A stretch of DNA of 64,000 bases from Iphione sp. A-MEVVRFRX5. Taxonomy: Eukaryota. Shown piece by piece: positions 23,177 to 37,380 of this stretch. A model generated the notes under the pieces. The model was not told the DNA's origin. It ran no database searches and saw only the letters and a program-made list of their open reading frames with translations. Within the stretch, counting starts at the first letter, position 1. Each line of letters opens with the position of its first letter. The translations under genes were made by a program, and so were the position numbers. Where the stretch lies: contig OZ320323.1 in the NCBI GenBank assembly GCA_976226885.1, positions 33,790,001 through 33,854,000 of the forward strand. Direction: 5' to 3'.

Positions 23177-25039
23177 GTAAGATGGCATCCCAACGTCAGC
23201 CCCAAGGTCAGGGGAGGTGTACCCTTTTAGTTCGATGAGCTTGGTAATGGTCAAGAGTGGCCAGGCATCAGCCAAGTACTCATACCTGTATATATGCACA
23301 TGTACTACATATATGTTGAACTTGTGGAAAACCCATGCTCAAGCTGAAAATACTAAAATAAATTTAGATAAAATTTGTTGAAATTTACAATTTATATAAT
23401 GGCTCAAAGTAAAGAACATGTCTGAAATATATGTATTCCCTTCTGTCGCAGAGTCTTGGAGATAAAAAAATCAGAATAATTTGTTAGAGGCATGTACATG
23501 TATCTCTCTCTTTGTATTTCTGTCTGTCTCTATATATATTGTACATGTATAAGAATCATTTTCTGTTTGAAGTTAGTGCGTCATCAAAGGACTATATGGG
23601 CATGGCAACCCTGTCAGTAAACAGTGCGGTCTCTTTGACACTGGCCAATCAAGTGCTTTGTTGTCTCTACATGTACATGTATACAGACACATTTCCACGG
23701 CCAGAATATTGTCAGTCGTTCTTTAGGCACACCACCAAACAGACAAGGCGATCTTTCTTTTGTGATTGACTAAAGTGCATACTGTAACGAACCCAGTGTC
23801 TGTGTACAGCCATGTCGAGTAAGAGTTTTATAATCAACTGTTACGAGATGTTGCTGGAGGCTCCGCTTATTTGGTCCTCGAGGTCATTTGCAATGTATTG
23901 ATCTCACGCACACACAACTGTAAGCATATAGCTACATGTATACGCACACTCACACGCACATGTGCACACACTCATATATACACACACTCGGAAGCCCTTG
24001 GCGGCAGGTGTCAGGGCAGGAAGATCAATAACCGCCAGAGTTACCATCACCTCCACCACCACACAAAGCACATGCTAAGGTTCAAATTCCTTAGGTGGGC
24101 GTTTGCATGCAGTGTCTTTTCATGGCTCTAACACCACGACAAGTCCATACTGTGTTCATCTTATGCATAGCAATAAAATACTAGTGGAAACAGTGTGAAT
24201 CTTCGTATCATCCCAGTATATACGACCATAGTTCCAATTCAAAACATATCTGAAACATAGCATACACAGTTGTGAAAATTGAGAACTGTCCAGAAATCCA
24301 AAAACACTACAGATATATGCTACACACATAAAACCAAAAAAAATCATAAAACATGCTGTTGTGGCCATAAAAATATACTTTTAAGGAAATTTTTTTTCTA
24401 AGGAAATTAAGCCTCACACAGTGACACGTACAAAGTCACACCGCCCCAGATAGCATGAATGCCACGAGCAACACTCTATGACTGCAATCACAAATTTCAC
24501 ACAGGCCTGTCATCTAAGACTTGCGAAAGAGGGCTTCTGGAAACGTATGGAAAGTGGCCCAAAGCGAAAGTAGAGCTTCAAAACCTATGGAATTCGTGGG
24601 GTCATCCTTTCTGAATAACCAGTCATTGCTATCACACTTCCAGGCCTGCACTTCACGGGGAGCCGGCATCTGGTTGAATTCTTCCTTTTGTTGCCGTTTT
24701 CATTGTACAATAGAAGTGACCTACAATGAGAGCTGCTTGTGCCGGTGGTAGGAAAAAAACCCAACAGAGTGATCCATTTAAACGTATGACACAAGATTAG
24801 CAAGTACCGGTATGTGAATAAGTCAATGAATGAGTGTATAAATGTTTCCTGTTCCTCCCGTACAGTGAAAACCCACAGAGGCGACCAGGCTAGGGACTAG
24901 GCACTTCTGGTCCCTATGTCAATTTTGATCTTACCAGAAAACATCTACATGTATATATAATACATTTTAAAAAAATGCTTTGTTCTTTGAAATCGTGCGC
25001 ATACATACACACCCCGTTTGGTTTCACCCGTGTTCAGGA

Positions 25040-25490
25040 CTGGGTCCCCCTTGTATTTCTCCCCCTGTTAATCCGTCTGGCAATCTCCTTGTGTGTGAAT
25101 CTTTTTCATCTCGGTGTTCTTAGTTTGCTCCTCTGTTTGCCAGTGTTTTTTGCTGTATTGCCCCACGCCTTTGTCAGTACCCCTTTTATGGATCTCCACT
25201 GTATTTTGCCTCCTGTTCATTTAAGTGGCATTCCTTTTATGTGTGAAGCCATCTCATCTCAGTGTTCTTGGCTTTCTTCCGTCTGCTGGTTTTCTTTATT
25301 GCTCCATGTCTGTCTGTATCTCTCTCAATGGGTCTCCATTGTATTTTGTCTCCTGTTCATCTGAGTGGCATTCATTTTGTATGTGAATCTCTCATCTCAG
25401 AGTTCTTAACTTTCTTTTCTGCATGATAGTGTCTTTCTCTATTGCTCCATGTCTCCACCTCTTTCTCTCTCCATGGGTCTCCCTGTCTGA
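25040..25490. repeat. Tandem ~140-148 bp unit, 3 copies plus a partial
   Basis: atgg(a/g)tctcca..gtattttg.ctcctgttcat..agtggcattc recurs at about 25041, 25188, 25328 and 25473. Confidence 0.75.
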
Positions 25491-26657
25491 CAGTTTTCTC
25501 CCTTACCCTCGGCCATGCGGATGGTATAGCCTCAGTCGTTGCCTCTTCTCTTCCTTTCCCTCCCATATAATTACTATTGGTATAGGGTGTTGACAGTGGT
25601 ACAGTCGAAACCCTGTTTGCACGTTGGAAGTTGAGTGGCTTATATCCCGAATCGACCCATTTACTGCTGTTTTTAAGGAAGAGGGTGGACGGTGGGTGGG
25701 GGGGGGTACTCTAGGAATACTGATGTGCTGCTAAGTGTCCCTCCGATCTTCTGACAGTCCAACCGTCCATCCAAAACTTGTTGATGGGATATTTCTGTTT
25801 ACGTGATTAGCCGTGGTATCCAATGCACGGGGTTAAATGCCAAATAACCAGTAAAGAGGCCTAAAAATGAAGAAAATGAAAGTTTAGTGAGAAAAAAAGT
25901 CTGTGATTATTATTCAGGAAGAATCTGTTGCAAGGATTAGTTTTTGGAAAACTTTGATTCCTTATAAGGTAATTTTGAGTCATAATGAGATATGTAAATG
26001 AGCTGATTTACATACATACTTTAGGTTATCTTAGCAACAGAGTTCAAGGATCCTTTTAAGTGCCTATGTAAGGCTGAAATATGAAAAATGTCCTAATATT
26101 AACTTGAAACCTTTTTAACGTCGTTTCTAAAACTGGCTCTTGTAAATTCAATCTTAAATAAATTTCACCGCATCTGGATATTTTTTACCATCGAGTATCA
26201 AAGAATGTATTAAGCATCACATCCCATCTTTTGAAAGAGTGGTCATGAGAACTTTAGACTGAGATATTCTAGGACCTAGGAGAAGTTCTTGCATAATATT
26301 TGCACCATTTTCCCCTGGCTGGTCACTTATATATGAGATAGGAGTTTGATTCTCATTCTGTAATGGACACTTCAGGCAGTGCTATTTTGGTAAGAATTGG
26401 AGAAAAGTTGTCAGATACGGATTTTTGGTTTCGAATATATAAAGCATTTTTCAGACATAATCCCATAGATCGTGCATGTATGCATTTGTTTTACCCTCTA
26501 CGCTCTTAACAGAGCTTCTTTCGTCGATTAGTAAAGGAAACTGAGGAGATACGGACAGTTCTGTAGTCTACATATTGATGCACGGTGACGCTTGAGCCTT
26601 GACACGCCCTTTAATGTGAGGGAGCCTGGACTGTCTTGGTCAACTCGTAGATGGAAT

Positions 26658-26799
26658 NNNNNNNNNNNNNNNNNNNNNNNNNNNNNNNNNNNNNNNNNNN
26701 NNNNNNNNNNNNNNNNNNNNNNNNNNNNNNNNNNNNNNNNNNNNNNNNNNNNNNNNNNNNNNNNNNNNNNNNNNNNNNNNNNNNNNNNNNNNNNNNNNN
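26658..26799. other. Assembly gap (142 N)
   Basis: Run of N. Confidence 1.
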
Positions 26800-27471
26800 C
26801 ATGCACACACACGCACAGTCAGGCTCAGTGATCGTTCACCATTAGCAGCACAACAATATTTTGTCTCTTTTTTTGTTACATTGCCATTAGCAAATAAATA
26901 CACGCTTGATTGATACACCATCACGAGATGTACATTTACATGCTGTACAATGTACCTGTACAAGTCCGCGCCACGCCCAACACACACTCACACACAAACA
27001 CACACCAATATAGCCGACCCACATTACTCACCGACTACATTAGCCTGTCGCGAACATGTCTGTACCTTCGCCAACTTACACTGCCGCCAACTTGCTCCAC
27101 CATCAACTCGCAACATCAGCAAGTCGCACCTCTCTGTCTGAACATTTTTATGTTGAAATACCGTTAAAAACGGTCTGTGAGTGTTTGAATCTCCTGTGGT
27201 TGGTGATGTTGTGGGTTGGTAATGGCGCAAGGTGGCTATGGCGTGACCCTTAAGGCCAAGTGCCGCAGTATCGAGCCATGCGCGTGTGTCATGACACTGT
27301 ACATAGCCTAAAGCTGCAGATTTTGTTGCACGACAATTCGTCACCTGATCTGCCAACCTGGAATACATGGACCTTACACCTTGGCTCTACTACCCCCCCC
27401 CCCCACACGCACACACACCCTCCCCTACTCGTGCTGCTCGTCGATGCTGAGTATGCATGTTTCTGTTGCAG

Positions 27472-27613
27472 GGACACTGTGTGGGGCGTGCTGGCTGGTC
27501 AGTCAGTGGACAACCTGCCCACCTTCGTCATGCATGAGGTGCGGGAGATAGACACCTGGATCCTGCGGCTGCTGAGTGCACCTGTACCTGTACCGGGAAA
27601 GACTCGAGTAGAG
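27472..27613 (+). CDS. MADD: MADD coding exon 2: (R)DTVWGVL...REIDTWILRLLSAPVPVPGKTRVE
   Basis: ttgcag| ... gag|gtgagt; phases 2/0. Confidence 0.95.
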
Positions 27614-27928
27614 GTGAGTAATTTCGTTCATGAGTTGCTCGTGTTAAACTCACACGAGTACCACCATATGTGCAGCTGATTAACCTCCAGGTGGCTACTG
27701 TTTGTAAGAGTATAGATGTGTAGTACGTGCATGTGGTGGGGCCATGGGGAACTAAACCCACTTGTATACATGTGTATATGTAAGTAGTATATGTCACCAG
27801 TGAAGGTCAGACCTGCCTGTAGTAGGTTGTCAGACCTCCACTACAGGAAGCGGTCAAAATGTGTGCCGATCGCGCGGAAGCTTCTTTGATGCATGAAATG
27901 CACCATTACATCATCTTGTGAGTGTCTG

Positions 27929-27980
27929 GTGAGTGAGTGAGTGAGTGAGTGAGTGAGTGAGTGAGTGAGTGAGTGAGTGA
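27929..27980. repeat. (GAGT)n microsatellite
   Basis: Direct reading. Confidence 0.95.
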
Positions 27981-30900
27981 GGGTGTGTGTTCCACAGAGG
28001 CCACAGGCCAAAGGAGTAGGTAAGGAGTTTCTAGGGGACAGGGTATTTGTGTGTGCTTGTGTGTAAAGTGGTCCCTGATCTCCATGTTGCAGCTGTCAGC
28101 TGCTTTTGGCATCTAGTTGATGAGTTCCTGGGTGACTACTCTGTGTGCATGTGTGTATATGTATGTATATGTGAGTTGTACATGTAATCGATACATCCCT
28201 GAGTAAGTACCCTGTTTGTATGTGTACATGTGAGCAGTATGTTCAATCATAGAGTTCCTAGACATACATGACTAGATGTATGCGTGTGTGTGTCGATAGA
28301 CCTAAGTATAGGGGAAAGCAGCTCAACCAACAGGGATTGAAATATAGTTGGTCTTAGTGAGTCATGCGTTAACATACAGACACAATCGTTCACCTGGTTC
28401 TTGCTAGTAGGAAGCCTTCAGGACAAATAATGTGGGTACAAGTTTTCTCTTCGTCTTTCACTTTTCTGATCGATTGTAGTTGGGTAAAATATAGAGTCAA
28501 CAGAGGAGTGAATTATCTTTACTGTGGCACTCAACTCTCGTTTAATAATGCAGTGAGGAAACTGTTGTGGTGCATGTAAGCATTGTGATTGAAATGTTAT
28601 TAGCCAGCCTGTAGTGTGATCATAATTATCAATTAATGAAGCCAATATCGCAGAATGTGGTTAGTTGCGTCCCTCAGTCGGTAGGAGTGATGACTAACAC
28701 AGGTTCACTGACTCAGAGATTCCCCGTCATGCAGGTTTTAAGCCTGGCTTTGAGTCTCTTAATTATGGCCTGACATATTTACTGTAGCCCGAACCAAGAG
28801 TGGTCCGAAATTTTCCAAAATGGTTGTGTATGTGTATGCGATTGTCTCTTCTATGCGCAAAATTGATATGAAAAGACTATTTGAAACATGAGTAATGGCA
28901 AACTCGGGTACATGTATTCCGGTCCCTCGGTTCTTAGTGACAGCTTGTAGTATGCTCTGTCAAGACAACACGGAAGACCTGCTCATAGGGAAAGAGCTCA
29001 ACGTCAAGTTCCAGGCCAAAGATTAACAAAAAAGAGAAAATTCGTTGTCTTTTGTTGTAAATTACTGAGGGTAGGTTTTTAAAGTTCTGAGTAATTTGCG
29101 GTAAGTAAACACGCTTTAGATTAGTTTTGCTGATCCTGCCATTAAGAGTATTCTGTTTGTTGAAAGTTGAATGAACAAGAATTATTTATCGCAGGAGCAG
29201 TGCCTACTGATGACGTCATCATAGTTCTTCTTAATTTGTGTATATGACACTGTTTTATTCAGTGGAGGTCAAGACTGGTGTTTTCCTTTTGGACGGATAC
29301 ACATAGTCACAGTTATTGTTCTGTGATTATAAGGTCCAATATAATCCACTGGATATTAATCAGCTAGTTTTTCCCCCCCATGTACCTGGACATTCAGGAT
29401 ATGACTCCATAACTGGTGTGAGAAACTTTTATGGATTTTGCTGGTTATGGATGCGTGAACATATTTCAAGAGACAACCAAAGCAGTTGGATCATTGCGTA
29501 TAAGGATATTCTGACACCAATGAAAAGTCATCCGCTTCAGACATGAGGGATATATTGCCACAACCATCAATATAGGGACATGGAAAATCCCGCCTTTGGA
29601 ACCTAGAAGTGAGAAGAGTCGTCCAAGGCTGCTGATCTCTGTGCAGCCCGGGGAAGCAGCATGTTGCTTATTACAAACAAACATGCACATCTATGTCAAC
29701 TGGCTCACCCAGTTCAAAATTAATAACGATATCATAATTTCACATTCAACAACCAGACGAGATGTATGGGCACCTTTTTACATTCTGCAATTAATAAACA
29801 GACGACTTTTGAAACAGGTACCGGAAAAAAAAACCCAGCCACCATGGAAGGAAGCGGCAGAAGTCCGAACAACAGATGCAACCATCGCATTAATGTTTCA
29901 GTCATCCGTTCAATATGAACCTGTCAGAACTGGATCCAGGCACTTTGTAACGTGATGTTTTATGGGGCTAGAAACGCCCTTCAAAGGCATTTAAGCCTCC
30001 ATTCAGAACAACAGTGACGCAGCATATCCGTGCAGATTTCGCAACAGAACTCACCTGCCCACTCCAACGTTATTGAACCACACACGGGAAGCGCCTACGC
30101 ACAGGTAAGGCAAGTTCCCCGAATAACCTCGGGTGAAGAAAAGAAAGATCGATGCAAAGAAACACAATACAACCATGGACAACCAAGATGGTGATCAGCC
30201 ATCAAGAGGAGAGAGAACTGTGTACATGTATTTTAGGTAGATAGAAAGTGTCAATTGCATTCAAGCACATTCAGGCTTCTGTCCATTGTTTCCTGTTGAC
30301 TCGGATATCTTTGAGCCCGGCAGACTTGCATACAGGTACATTGTCTACTTCTGTAAAACAAGTAGATGTATTCTTTGTGGACCACCTTGTTATCAGAGTC
30401 ACATCATTTCTGTATGACTTTTCAAAGGCACATCCTTCCTGTATGCATTTTCAATACTTTTGAATTGGTGTTCATAAATTGCGATTATAAAACTATATGT
30501 CTGTCGTTGGTTTCTGTTTTTTTTTTAAAATTCCTATGAAATCGGGTTAGTAAAAAATAGCCTCACGCCACAAAATTCCAACAGGAAACCAACTTTACTA
30601 GAAAGAAGATTTGTTCTCAGAAGCTTCATTACACATACAGAGGTATAGCTGTATCTCTTTTCTACGATTGTGTGTACCTAGCCTGTCGTGTTAGGTTAAG
30701 GTCCTCTGAATAATTAATGTGGGAATGCAAAATGTACGACCAAAAGCCGCTGTCCGGTAGACTTAATATGCATGATGTCTGCAATGGAAGGCTGCCTGTG
30801 TCAGGGATGCGACTCTCGACGTCAGAGTTTAAAGATGTGTTACGATGTAAACTGTACTTTAGAAGGCAACACTAATCTCAGAGATGCTGGTAATGCCGAT

Positions 30901-32991
30901 ATCAGTGAGTGATGGAACCACAGAAGAGCTGTCCTCAAAGAACCACACCTGAAATATGCTGCAAATAGTCATGTCTACAACATAGGATAAGGCGGTACAT
31001 TAAGATTTCTGCTGCATACTCAGCTAGAACCTTTACAGATGCATTTGTTATGCACCTCAGGACTGTAATTACTCTGTAATTTTAACTCTGATTGGTTGAT
31101 TGTGACCTTAAGCTTTATATAAATGCTCCCTGAATGGTTTACTGCCATTCAGTACTACGCCTGATGAAGAGGCTTGACTACCTCGAAAGCTTGTACATGT
31201 ACATGTATATAATTTGAAATTGCTAGTTCTCTCCTCTGTTTTTTTTATGTCCGCTCAAACACGTGCTCTCTCATTACACAGAACAGTTACACTATAGGTC
31301 AACAACCTATTGCGGCATTAATTTGGTGAATATGAATGTTACACAGCAGTGTTTCACAGAAGAACTAAGTACTGCTCCAGTGTACGAGATACTTTCGCCT
31401 CAAGAAGGGTGGTATAGGACAGTAATTATGAACCTGAAGAGAGCCTGTCTGGTAAAGGGAGGTCTAATTGGGGTAAGAGTGGCAGCGGGGCGACAATACA
31501 GACGAGGTGGAAATGTTTCACATGCAACAAGCTATTTAAAGCCCCGGATATGATTCATACCCACCTATTATTGCAATTAATCATGACGCAAACCTGCTTT
31601 TTCTTCCGAGGGGTTACGGGTGGAAGAGCACGTGAGGTCTGAGGGCGAACATCTGATGCACCGGAACAGAGTGCGCCCAGGCCATGCAGGGCGTTCCGTA
31701 AACACTGCCGCTGGGTCTTGCAAGCCCATCTTATGTATCTCATTTAATGGATGTCATTACATATTGAAATAAAAAATGTCCATAATGAAACTAAAACCAC
31801 CGTGTCGTTCGCTCCTCTCTCCCCCACCCTCCCCCCTCCATCAGTTTCCGCGAATGGTTCGTCCCTCCCTCCCCCCCCCCCCCGCCATCGCTTCCCTCGG
31901 TTTCTGCGAATGCTCCGTAATTGGAGAAGATTCGGTTGCTTCCGTCAAGTTTCCACTCCCAGACTCTCTTTGTTGCATTGGTTTTCTCTCCCGATAAGCA
32001 AAAGCACTTGATCCGAGACGTCTATGTGTATGCGCCAGATCGCAGTATATTTAGCTACGTGTACGTCGGTGTCCGTAACCTGCTCCCGTCTGTACTGTTG
32101 ACTTAGTCAGTGCTGCCTGCACCAGGATACCACTGACCCGGTAAATCCAAAGTCACTGCCAGGTCTTAGCTCTAACATATAAATATGGTTGGTTATCATA
32201 CTACATTTTTTTTACCGATAGTATGAGACCCCCTGCCACCTAGCCCCCCCCCCCCTTTCCAAGGTCTGCTGTCCTTAGCTCTAACATGTAGATTGTACTT
32301 GGTTACCATACAACCTTTTCTATGTGTTTTTTTTTCACCATTTGGCCTCCTTACTATTAGATTACCTGTCATCCCTCCCCCTTGGACTAAGGTATCCCAG
32401 CCTGAAATAAACGTCTTTGCTGTAAGAATTTTAACAGCTATAACTTATGTTGAACTTCCTGTAAAAGTTCATAAAACAAAAATAAACACAAACTGAGAGA
32501 GTGGACAGACCTGAGGCCAGACACGTACCGACCACTGGTGTTCCGTCCAGGTCGTGTTGATATTGGAGAGCTCCCAACTTCAGCGAGGGCAACGATTTAT
32601 TTGTTTGGATTCTAAATCTTTAACAATGGATCCACCAGGACTTTTTCCATGACGCACTGGCACCATAAAGAAAACATGCGCCCCACATTTTGCTACGGAC
32701 AGACCCTTGAGGGGGGCCCGTCATGCAACTCGGCCATAATACCCACGGATGCCCCTCCCGCTTCCCTTACCCAACCGCCTACACCCATCCCCACCCCCGC
32801 CGTCAGAGTGGCATTGAGTATGGAGAGACCTCCAACCACTCACTGCCTCTACACAAGAATCCATCTGGTTCATTAAAGATGCAATTGTGCTCAGCGTTTG
32901 CAACATCTCCTGTTGTGCCTCGTCCCTGACTCTGACACCAGGTGTCGTGAACTGCATGCTTTTCAGAGGAGTCAAGGCTCAAAGCTTGCTG

Positions 32992-33268
32992 GGTCCAAGT
33001 AACTGTCACTCCTCCCAATCATGATGATGGCAGTGTCCAAGTAACTGTCACTCTTAATCACGTTGATGGCAGTGTCAAATTAACTGTCACTCTCAATCAC
33101 AGCGATGCCAGTGTCCAAGTAACTGTCACTTCCAGTCACAGGGATGGCATTATCCAGGTAACTGTCACTCCATATGACAGTGATGTCTGTTTTCAAGTAA
33201 CTCACTTTCAGTCACAGTGATGGCAGTGTCCAAGTAACTGTCATTCTCAATCATAGTGATGGCAGTGA
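32992..33268. repeat. 39-bp minisatellite, about 7 units
   Basis: Unit gtgtccaagtaactgtcactctcaatcacagtgatggca. Confidence 0.92.
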
Positions 33269-34666
33269 AAGAATCCCTCCCACTCAAGAGTAGGGGAACA
33301 ACCTTTAAATTTGTTTAAAATACATACACTATCCCCTCACTATTGCAACACTGATTGGTACCAAATGTGTTGGAAAGTGAGTTTTTTTATGTTAAAAGAA
33401 TTTATTTTGTCCCCAAGGAATTTATGCGGAATACAGAGGGTGTTGAATAGTGGGGTATTAGAATAGTGAAGTATTGGAATAACGAGGCTTCACTGCAGGT
33501 TTCCATGTTTCAGCCATCCAATACTGAGAAAGAAGTCGTTATAAGGTTACATATAAACGTCGCCTAGGTGAAAGCGGGCTTCTAAAAGGTTATAAAAACT
33601 AATGCTTTTTTTCACGATCAGTGTTTTATTTCGTCGCAGTCTGTTGTTTGTGTCAGGTATATGCTGGCCTTCTTTCCTGGAATACATGTATTCTATTCAC
33701 CCGATATTTCTTTCAATCATCAAAGATCAGTTGAAAGGCCCCGATGATGGCCTTTTCGATATCGAATCTCGACTGTATATATAAGTGTATGTACGTGTTC
33801 ATGCACGTGTGAGTGCATGTTTTATAAGTGCCCGTGTGCATGCGTGTGCATTTAAAGATTCATTTTTCTTCCTGTTGAGACATGTATAATGCTGTTAGTG
33901 CGAGTAGAAGGGGAATGGTTCTAATTGACGCATCACCGTATCGTCATGAAGCCACGCCCACCCTTCACATGACGTAGCCAGGCGTTTTGTGTGGTTTTGT
34001 CAGTGATGGTCATAAGTCTTTCGTCTAATTCAGTTGGTAACATCATTAACAAGGTTCTAATCAAGCAATCTTTTGTCTTGAATGTATGGATTTATGTCCT
34101 ACATTTACATAACTCAACCACATAATGATGTGACAATCTTACTGGACAACATGACAGGGTTAGGTATGCTTTGTCAAAATGACAGTAGGTACCACTCACC
34201 AGTCAAACAAACTGGCATGTGTGAGTGACAGTGTCACTTGAATGTTGCCTGTACAGATTAGCTGTTTGCAATACGTGGCATTAAATGCATTGCGTCATTG
34301 GCCGAAGAAAGTTTTGGTTCACCAGTATCTTGACTACACCATCTCGACATGTCACACAGTGATGTATTTTTGCGGTGTGCTTCAACCAACAGCTCAAGTT
34401 CAACCTCAAACCCGGAGTGGATTGAATCAGTTTAGAATTGCTGTTGATAAGAATGAGTTTATCATACCTGCCAACGTTTTGTAAACATCATTTACATTCT
34501 TAAACATTTCATATACATGATAATACATCACCATCAACATCACCTAGCTTTCCTGACAACTGTCAGGGACAGCTGGTGAATCTCCTTTTCAGTACCGTGA
34601 AAACTGCCCTGTCGGGCCGACGGTTGGAAACTAGAATGTTATGCTACGTTTTGTGTTATGTTTCAG

Positions 34667-34825
34667 GTGACAGTGCTGCCTCCTGACCTCCACCCACCCA
34701 TAGTGTTCGCCCTGCCAGACCACACCCGTTTCTCACTGGTTGACTTCCCACTCCATCTCCCGCTCGAGCTGCTCGGAGTCGATACCTGCCTCAAGGTGTT
34801 GACATGTATCATCCTTGAACACAAG
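34667..34825 (+). CDS. MADD: MADD coding exon 3: VTVLPP...[28 protein letters not shown]
   Basis: tttcag| ... aag|gtgaga; 53 codons; cDENN. Confidence 0.96.
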
Positions 34826-34945
34826 GTGAGAAATGGGTTCACGGCCTTACAGCCACACCAGGCTTTGAACTTGGCAGCCAGTAGTTATACATATACATGG
34901 CTTTAACACACAGCCCACACCCAGTCACAGTCATGATCTGCATTT

Positions 34946-34981
<36 letters not shown>

Positions 34982-36616
34982 AGCACATCCATGCATTCAA
35001 CATATGACGCTTCCACACACAGCGCATAAACAGAGACTTATCATGTCATGCATATCATTCACAGAACCCAGCTTATCCACACACTCGATGCATAACTCAT
35101 GCCTTATACACCCGCATGCATGCATGCATGCACACACACATACACACATACATAAACAGGACATAAACGCTGATGAATTGAACCGACGTTCCTGAAATGC
35201 ATAGACTTCAGGTGAAATACACATTCCGAACCAACTTTAATGATGAGATTATGCCATTCTTGCCCGTGTTGGGCCAATTGTATCTAGTTAGATACAACAT
35301 AAAAGGACTTATTCATGTATTTGAATAAATACATCCATAAAATAAAATTTTAAGGTTCAATGAATTATTTTTCTTATTAAATTACTCTAATAGATGTGAT
35401 ATGACTTTTAAGGAATCATTTTAAGGTCTTTTTCAGTATTAACCCTCTATTCATCAGCCCTGTATCTTTTTTATGTGTAGTATAAAGCTAGACACACCAT
35501 AACATGTACAGTCCCTGTCGGTTGAATGTCAACCAGTCCTCACCGCTTTCAGCGTACCGGGAGGTGTCCTGATAGGGTTAAACCAGTCAGCTTCCTCAAA
35601 TGCCTTACTGACCTTACACTCACACGCTGTCAACATTGACATGTGGCACATATGCATCATACGTGTGTGTGTCTGTGTCTGTGTCTGTGTGTGTACATGT
35701 ATGCGTGTAAACCTCTCCTGGAGAAGTACATGTAGATGTCATCTTTAATTTCACTTCATTCTGGGTAACTTCTTTATGAGAGGTGCACTCTTTCGGCATG
35801 GCTTTTGACGTGACAAGTGGTCTGGAGCCCCAAAAGTCTAGAGAGATGGCCAACTTAACAGGTTTCTTTCTGAGGAGAATTCGTTAACAGCCGTGTATCT
35901 GTGCATAAAACCAAACATAAAGTGACTGAGTACCTGTAGTGCGGCATGGTGTTCACATGTTCAGGCTATATGTGACACTTCACTTCATCAGCCTAAGTGA
36001 GTAGTCTACATGTATCTTTTCACATATATCTTTTTAGTTCTTTAACAAACACAGCAGAATCTCAGCATTTGTCCACCTCAGAACAAGGACCACCTCTTTA
36101 ATTGGAAAAGATTTTGGCTGGAACCAAGCCTTTTATTTATAGTTTATCCCTCATAACTGTGGACACCTCCTAAATGTTGACACTTTGCACTGGAAACCAA
36201 GGGTGTCTCCCTGAAGCGCGGTTTTACTGGTGTTTGGTATGAGTCGAGGTGAAGTATTTTATAAAGAAGTGGAGATATGGGGCCATTTCTTTTGTCGAGC
36301 CAGACATGGGTCGTGAATAATCGCCTGGCTGTCTCCCTCCCCCCCCCGCCCCTCCGGAGATGTGACCATCGAAAGGTCGACAGCTTACCGGTAGACGTTT
36401 CCATTAGATCCGGATATTGTCGGATGTTTTTTCATGCTGCCTACCAAGGTCCGGCGAGGCCAGGTATTGAATTGGGTAAAAGCACAGCCCGCGCTGCATG
36501 GCCTTGACCGTTGCTAACATTCATACCGGGGGGGTGGGGGGGGCTGTCAGGAGCCGAGCATCCTATGCGGGGACATCAGGATGTGATCAGTGAAGACTTA
36601 GCAAAGCTTCCTGTCT

Positions 36617-36672
36617 GTGGCTGACTGGCTGGCTGGCTGACTGTGGCTGACTGGCTGACTGGCTGGCTGGCT
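36617..36672. repeat. (TGGC/TGAC)n simple repeat
   Basis: Direct reading. Confidence 0.85.
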
Positions 36673-37300
36673 GTCTCCAAGCCGAATGATTCTTGGCAGG
36701 TAGCGTACAGTTGAAAGAGTACCGTGGACCGGAAGGGATGGCCAACTTTTCTGGTTGAACGCCAAAAGCTCATTATTTGCTTCCATAATTGAAACATTAA
36801 GAGGGATTGATCCCTTTGGTGTTGTCGTAAAATCCCTGGATTCTGGCACATGGCAGATTTGATTTCTGCAACGTTTCCATGGAATTAATGGATTTGGGCA
36901 TGTCCCAGGAGAGCGCGCGCAGAGTAGTTCCGAAATCAGTTTCATGCACGGTTTTTGACCAAATCTTCTCATCTGTTGTTGAATTTATGAACAGTTTTTA
37001 ACAACCCTCCCTAAAGGATGCATTATCTGTTCGAGTGGTACAAGGCATTTTGCAGCTCCAGTGAGGTCTTGACAAAAAGACAGTTCATTCGATGTCTTTC
37101 ACATTGGGGCGCTCTTGCCGTTGTACTACAGTTAAGGGTCCCAGACCTCCTATATGTATACATGTACACTCAGGGCAATATCTGGCCGCTTTTATGTTTG
37201 TCATGAATGGCATAAGAGATGTGGTAAAGGCGCAGTGCTGAGGGCATGCAAGCAGCGAGTCGCTGAGCGGGCCTCAGGAGACGGCGAGTCCAAAACCTAG

Positions 37301-37380
37301 CATGAGGCTCTAGAGAGCGAAATGAGGCTCTAGAGGGTGAAATGGGGCTCTAGAGGATGAAATGAGACTTAAGGGAAAAG
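37301..37380. repeat. 20-bp tandem repeat x4
   Basis: aatgaggctctagagggtga-type units at 37301, 37321, 37341 and 37361. Confidence 0.85.

Noticed and set aside
22585-23230. Several overlapping ORFs in other frames and on the opposite strand of MADD exon 1 (also at 51493-51777, 53899-54153, 55099-55359, 60344-60529, 63781-63996)
   Set aside because: They are by-products of GC3-rich codon usage in real exons and have no independent signals.
28875-29006. 43-codon ATG-initiated small ORF (MANSGTC...KELNVKFQAKD)
   Set aside because: No recognisable homology or splice/promoter support; the length is compatible with chance.
32992-33268. Regular repeat array considered as CRISPR (also 17690-18290, 46290-46780, 57450-58110)
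   Set aside because: Contiguous degenerate tandem units without constant repeat plus unique spacer structure; no cas genes; eukaryotic context.
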